This document shows positions 57,641-64,000 of a stretch of DNA of 64,000 bases, one piece after another. The stretch covers positions 13,144,001 through 13,208,000 of the forward strand of contig OX597815.1 in NCBI GenBank assembly GCA_951406725.2, given 5' to 3'. Made by a program: the position numbers and the translations under genes. This DNA is from Octopus vulgaris. Lineage: Eukaryota. The notes beneath the pieces were generated by a model that saw nothing but the letters and a program-made list of their open reading frames with translations, was not told the origin of the DNA and did no database searches. The number at the start of each line of letters is the position of its first letter. The first letter of the stretch is position 1.

Positions 57641-58527
57641 GGGGGTGAATTCAAGAAAAAAAAAGACGATGACAGGTGGTGTAGACAACAAACAGATGTA
57701 TTAGTTTAACGTTCGGGAAGTGAAAAAAGTCTTTAACGTTTCGAGCCAATGCTCTTCCACAGAAAGGAACACGGAAAGAAACAAGGAGGGAAAATAAAGA
57801 ATTTGTAGCGGCTAGCGATTTATCATGCCGAATGCCGGAGAGGGGTCACACAGAAGAGCTAGGAAGAAGGGGAGATAATAAAGTAGTGGTGATACCAAAA
57901 CGAAGGAGACTGTGCTTGTGTATAGAAAGCATTATGTACGTGTGGAAGAGGGCTGGTGACCTTGACATGTGCGTGTGTGTATGCGTACATGTGTGGATGT
58001 GGAGCTGGGAAGTAGACAGTGCCACTGTGTGCGTGGTGGTGTGATGTGATGCGCTGTGGTGTTGTGTAGTATAGTGGCTTATGGTGTAATGGTGTGTGAT
58101 GTTCTGTGATGGTTTTGGGATGTGGGGTAGGCAAGAATGGGGATGGTAAAGGTGGGGTCTGGGTTTGGATGAAGTCGGAGGTAGAAGTGGGGAATATGGG
58201 TAGGCTGAGGGTGGAGGTGGAGGTAGAGGTGGGAATGGTGGGATTGGGTATAAGGAATGAGGTGGGGTGGGATGGGATGAATAGGGAAGATGGGGTTGGA
58301 TTGTGTGGAGGTGAGGTTACTAGGGAGGGGTAACGATAAAGGGAGAATGTGGGTAGGAGTGAAGAGAAGAAGTGGGAGTCGGAGCTAGAGAGGAGAGGTG
58401 GGCGGGAGATGGAGAGAGGAGAGGGGAGGAGAGTTAAGCCCATGTGGCTCAAGGGAGCAAAGAGAGAAAATTAATCCTTGTTCACGGCGCAAACGGGAGT
58501 CCGGATGGCTCCTGAGCAAGGACGTTG

Positions 58528-58530
<3 letters not shown>
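57641..58530 (-). mobile_element. PLE 3' end: endonuclease C-terminus, pyrimidine-rich linker and pseudo-LTR with hammerhead
   Basis: ORF 58385-58618 contains RLRREQGLIFSLCSLEPHGLN (PLE motif RE..WI..L.TL.P.GLN); hammerhead motif at 57731-57766. Confidence 0.85.
57731..57766 (-). ncRNA. Minimal hammerhead motif with A6U core
   Basis: CTTT-CTGTGGA-A-GAGC-attg-GCTC-GAA-ACGT-T-AAAG. Stems I and II pair perfectly; stem III is a 4-nt palindrome. Confidence 0.65.
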
Positions 58531-58571
<41 letters not shown>

Positions 58572-59451
58572 TGTATGTTTGTGTGTATGTGTATGTACAT
58601 GTGTGTAGGTATATACATACTACATACAACATGTAGCTAGTATATAAGAATATAAGAATACAAGAAACGCCGCGTCAATATGACAATTCAGAATTTAAGA
58701 GGTAAGAAAGAGAATACTAATCAACTTGCTTGACGACGGCGCAAAATCTTTTCATATTCTCCTCAAAAGGTTTCGAATAATTTTTTAGCTTAATGCTAAA
58801 TTATTCATATATATATATATATATATATAAGATTATATAAAATTCCATAGATGTATATGTGCGTATGTGTGTGATAGAGGGAGATACTGTGAGAGTGAGC
58901 GAGAAAGAGATAATGAGTAACGATACATGTATGAATGTCTCTGCATCCCTACAAATACACTAAGTGCAAAGTTCTCTTGAATTCTATGCTGACGTCTGGT
59001 GCACTGCTATTAAAGTTAATCTGCTGAAATACGTTGTTACTTGCTTAAGGAGTTGCTTCACAAACACACGCTCATAAACATAATGTAATATATTATATTC
59101 TTCTGTGAGATTTGACGAAATAAATCTATTCCATTTATCAAATGAACCAACTATTAATACGAAATCAAATTGTAAAGTGGTGAATATTTCATTCATGAGT
59201 GTATCGTTAATGTAATTTTGGTGTCACAAGATTGGACATTAAATTTCTTCTACATCTTGCTTTACCACCCTCTACAAACGAACATTCTATCGAGATTACC
59301 TACTAAGATTTGAGTTTACCGAATGATGTGGTAAAAACAGTAGCAATATACCTCACAGTGTTGTCCAAAGTTGAACCGTATATTCTACAAAATGAACTTC
59401 AAATTAACTCAAAGCTACACAAATCGGTTGAGCCTATTATAATTTTGAGTA

Positions 59452-59975
59452 CCGTAAATCCTCGAGTATAATCCGCATTTTTTCCGCAAAATTTAAAGAT
59501 CAAAATCCCTAATGCGTACTAAAGACGAGGTTAAAAATGAAAAATATTTCCTAAGCAATGTCCGAGTCTCTATTTGCTGTCCAGCAATGTTTATTCACAC
59601 GCATTTTGTGATGTCGGACGCGAAAAAATACCTTAAGCTAAGACTGAAAGCAATGAAGTCATAAAAGAATCATCCATAACTTGCAGTAAGCAACATTTAT
59701 TAAAATAAAAGTATTCATAACACAGAATAACATGTAACAAAAACAATTTGCAAACATATTTACATTCCCATATAACAGTTAAGAACATCACCATTATTGT
59801 ATTACGCATGCGCGGAAGTATTTGTTCGACTAGGTGCTGCTGGCTTAATTACGCACGACTCAAGTTAGAGAAGGGGTGCATATTATACAAAAGGTTTATG
59901 GTTTTCAGAGGCACATCCCCCTAAAAATCCCTTGCGTATTATACTCAAGGGCGGACTATACTCGAGGATTTACGG
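59452..59975. mobile_element. pogo/Tigger-like MITE
   Basis: 25-bp TIRs CCGTAAATCCTCGAGTATA(A/G)TCCGC (24/25 match); TA on both sides (59450-59451 and 59976-59977). Confidence 0.92.
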
Positions 59976-61634
59976 TACGTCTCCTTACGCAGACATAAGC
60001 ATCAAAAGCCATTATAAAATTGTGGTACATGATACGCTTGGCTTTACTTAATATGCTTTGAAACAATGCGTATATTACTAATATTTTTTGAAATCCTGCA
60101 TTTGAGTTTGAATATTTTTATTTCGAAACAAATAATTATAATATACAACTCACATTTGTTTATGTTTATAAGATTAGATTAAATAATTGCAAGATCTACT
60201 CCTTTTTTTTCTATAGATTACGTATGAGATATTTTGATATAAATATCAGTCTAAAATCGGTAGCCCGTTCAAAAGTTAATGAAAATCCTACATTGTTTGT
60301 CATTTTGTAAAAATCGCTACGAATTTGATATAGCGTTCGTTAAGATATTAAGGATCAGTTGATACTGAAAATATGGTAGAAAGAAACCGAGAGAGAATTA
60401 TCATGACTAGAATGCCGGCCGAACGATAGTTTTTTCCGCACACAGAAGTATATTTCTCAGCCTGCACACATGGCAGGAGGATGCATTGACTAAGAATTTC
60501 CTCATTATAGGCTTTAAATACATAATGCATCGTAGAAAGTATAAAACGTATTTCCACGGACACTCAGAAACAATCTAATTTTCAAATACTCATGAAAATA
60601 CATGGCTTTGCAGAAGATATGAAAGTATCACTAAAATGAACAAGAGAACAATACAGATAGATACAAGTATAAATATCTCCATTGACATAGCTACTGACCT
60701 GCATAGAATATGTTTACAATTATTGCTCTGCACGAAAAATTACGATAGAACCATCTTAAAATTACTTCAAAACATGAAACAAACATTTGCATGGAATTGA
60801 ATATTTTCTTACCATATTCGACGTTCATATTCATTCCCTAAAAATAGAAATCATTCTGAATAATTCTGAACTCCTAGGAATCTAGCTTTCACTGAAAGCC
60901 CCAATAGCTTCTTTCTCTACGGAAACAGTTTAATTACATGGTTTCTACGTACGAAACTGTTGTGTGGACGCCTCCAGACGATGAAGTAGGCTAACCCAAT
61001 ACGTACATATAGAGGAAGAAGCCTAGACGTTGGAGAGGGAAGAGAAGACTAGAACAGTGTAGAGTGGAAAAGACTTGAGTAGACGACATCCGAACGTGCG
61101 ACATAACAGTGGTGACAAGGATTTCGTAGCTGATACAGCCACTGTGTAGTATTGCGGTATCACAGGAAATTACAAATGAGATTCGTAAACTAATGTGAAT
61201 GATAGACTGTTGGCGCGTGAAACGTAAATTTTCAAATCAAAACGCAGCAACATTAACGTAGAAATATAATACTTAACCGTATGAACACAGTAATTAAATT
61301 CCTAGAACCTGAGAACTAGGTAAAATATAATAATTCTAGAGCATGAATATAATGAATAATCATCACACAAGCATATTACTTTCTAGTGGAAACCCTCTGA
61401 CGTTCTAACGTAATCTCATCCATGACTTTAGTAACCCATAAATAATCCTCTCGAAATAATATCATGAGTTTTCAACTTGTAACTTACTAAGAAACCTAAC
61501 GTAGAGGACACAGTTTGCCCCAAATATAAAATTATTTAGACATGAACCATTCTGATTCCTGTCAACTTATTAAGGCTTTCAACACCATCTTTATTATTCC
61601 TCCATATAATCATGGTTTCAAATTTTCCCACAAA

Positions 61635-61822
61635 ATCAGCAGTTTCGGGGAAAGGGGTAAGTCGATCACATTGACCCCCCACCCTGTGCTCAACTGTTAT
61701 TGACCTCGGAAGGATGGAAGGCAAAGTCATCGACCACAGCAACATTCGATTCAGGATGTAATCTCGGAGGAAATATCGCAAAGCATTTTTCTGACGCGTA
61801 AAAACTCTGCTGGCTTGACGAC
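61635..61822 (-). mobile_element. Old diverged SINE family B-like copy
   Basis: The minus strand retains GACTTTGCCTTCCATCCTTCCGAGGTCAATAA and a degraded head. Confidence 0.65.
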
Positions 61823-63271
61823 TTCTTCTGGCATATAAAAATAATAACAATCTCCACCAACAGAAGCATCACAGTTTTAGATAGTAAACTGACGGGTAAG
61901 TTGCCAAAATTATATACTGGTCAAGAACAGTATTTCTAAAGCCAGTAATTTCCTGGAGTACCAAAGGGATTATACCTACGTGAACTCTTTACATTCTCAC
62001 GCATCTTGCGTAGAAATCCATTCAGATTCGATCATACACGCAAAATGCGTACGTTCTGTTACTGAAGTCTCTAATACGCCAAATGTACATATACCATCTA
62101 GGAAATAACAGTTTTAAATTAGCACGTAACAAATCGATTGTGTTCTCATCTTAAAAACCACAAAGGACACATTAGATAAAGGGAACTATAACACACCATA
62201 GAATAAGACTTGTACATTTATTGCAGGTAAACAACCAAAGCATTACATATGCTTCCATGAAACCATTAATAGAAAAAGGGTAAAGTACTTGTAAATGTTG
62301 CATATCGTGTGTAGTACAATCCCCAACTCGAGAGATACTTAGAACAAATGAGAACCTTCATTGTGTGTGGCAGCTCTTCGTTTATCTGTGCATCTACATG
62401 TTCTATAACATATTTACCGGGGCTAACTTTTACTTGCAGAACAAACAGTGTTGTACTGCCAATGTAGAGGAATGTATATGTGTATTGATCTGGCCATATA
62501 TATTAACTCTGATTTGACTTCATACAAAGACGTCGATATATTGCGGTTTTGAAACAATCAATGTGTGTAATGGGAGGCTATATCCATTTTTTTTTTATCA
62601 GACCAACGTCAATAAAATCTAGATGTTCAACATAGATTACATTTTTCATATCATTTTCTATATCTCTTCAGCATTTTGGAAACGCATATTGGTTTCGGGA
62701 GTATATAAATGTTATCAGGGCATCTATTGCAGCTTATTTCCGCATCGTGCATCGTGATAATTTAGAAGAGGAGAGAGTTGTAACACACCTTAAGATTTAC
62801 AACACATCAATTTTAATTCTGCTGCGACCTACTCTCAATAATTATTCAAAATGGAGTCCTGCATATGAAAAAGACAATTTCTAAAAAAAGATATTTATTT
62901 AACAAGTAATTTTGTCAAGTAAGGTACGATCCACTGAGTTGCCATCAGTGATGTTCGTGATTTATAATTTCATATAATATAATAAATAATATAAAAATAT
63001 TGATAACATGAGTGAGATTCCGAATTTATAAATATCCGTAATTTGATATATGATTTAGTCTGTTACATAATAATCCAGGGTTGATAATATCTGTAAACTT
63101 AATTCGTAATTAAGTAAAACTTTAGATATGAACCTTCAATTCGTAGCGAAAAATGATGTTTAATATTTAAACGTACGTACTTACCTATAATTCCCAAGCT
63201 TATTACGTTAGATGAAGGCAGATTAATTATCGTAATTATTAGGCAAATATTCTATACACGATACAAGTATG

Positions 63272-63341
<70 letters not shown>

Positions 63342-63375
63342 GTGCATGTGTGTGTGTTTATAAATACATATACAT

Positions 63376-63408
<33 letters not shown>

Positions 63409-64000
63409 CACTAATACATTTTTAATATGATTACATATTGATCTGCAGTATTTGTAGCTAATCCCGTTGGATTTCTATTAAAAGTAATCACGAAATAACC
63501 GGATATATTTGTAAAGGATGTAGTCTAGGGCCATTTTCTCCCCTTTTTTTGTGTGTGTGGGATATACTTAATTAAGTCTGTATTGACGTATATTTTTAAT
63601 TAGTTACTTTAAACATACTATAATATAATTCATTTCCGATTTAGCTTAATAGCTTTTTTTTTTTTTGATAATGTAGCTTTTCTTTCTGCTCACGTGATAT
63701 CTTGTGACTCGCGTTTTATACGTAATATCACTATAAAAGAGAATGAACACTACAAAATTATATGAGCATGGCAGTTTTAAATTCGTTGAACGAAAGAAAT
63801 ATTAATGCGGTCGTTATCTTCAGTGCATTGTTGAAGTACGTTAATATTTTTGTAAGCGAAAATAGCAAGAAAAAATTAATGCAACGAATTACAGTTTATT
63901 AGCTTTATTCAGCGGTTAAATACTTAATCTGATCTGTTATGTATTTATGTCCATTTCCTTAAAAGAATATAAATGTGTTTTGCCATTAACTTTCATTCAG

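Noticed and set aside
60972-61035. Imperfect hairpin (CTCCA/TGGAG, TAGGCT/AGCCTA)
   Set aside because: No ribozyme core, single copy, and short stems are expected by chance.

Overview
AT-rich, microsatellite-dense eukaryotic non-coding DNA. The SINE families and repeat landscape look like an octopus (cephalopod) genome; this is my recognition, not a database result. I found no intact host gene, and nearly all ORFs in the track are microsatellite artefacts or transposon debris. The window holds three tRNA-derived SINE families, 5'-truncated RTE- and CR1-type LINEs, mariner remnants, a pogo-like MITE, a non-autonomous Helitron and many Penelope-like element (PLE) fragments (RT, GIY-YIG endonuclease, pseudo-LTR ends). 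The most notable pattern is about a dozen minimal type I hammerhead-ribozyme motifs in the PLE-derived ends. They include canonical C3-G8 cores, apparent compensatory U3-A8 and G3-C8 cores, and a family-fixed A6U core. Several of these ends form fold-back or inverted-repeat elements next to (TA)n tracts. Also notable are a 123-bp snap-back hairpin made from a CR1 3' end and a SINE tetramer bounded by one 15-bp target-site duplication (TSD). All structures were paired by eye and are untested; boundaries of degraded elements are approximate.
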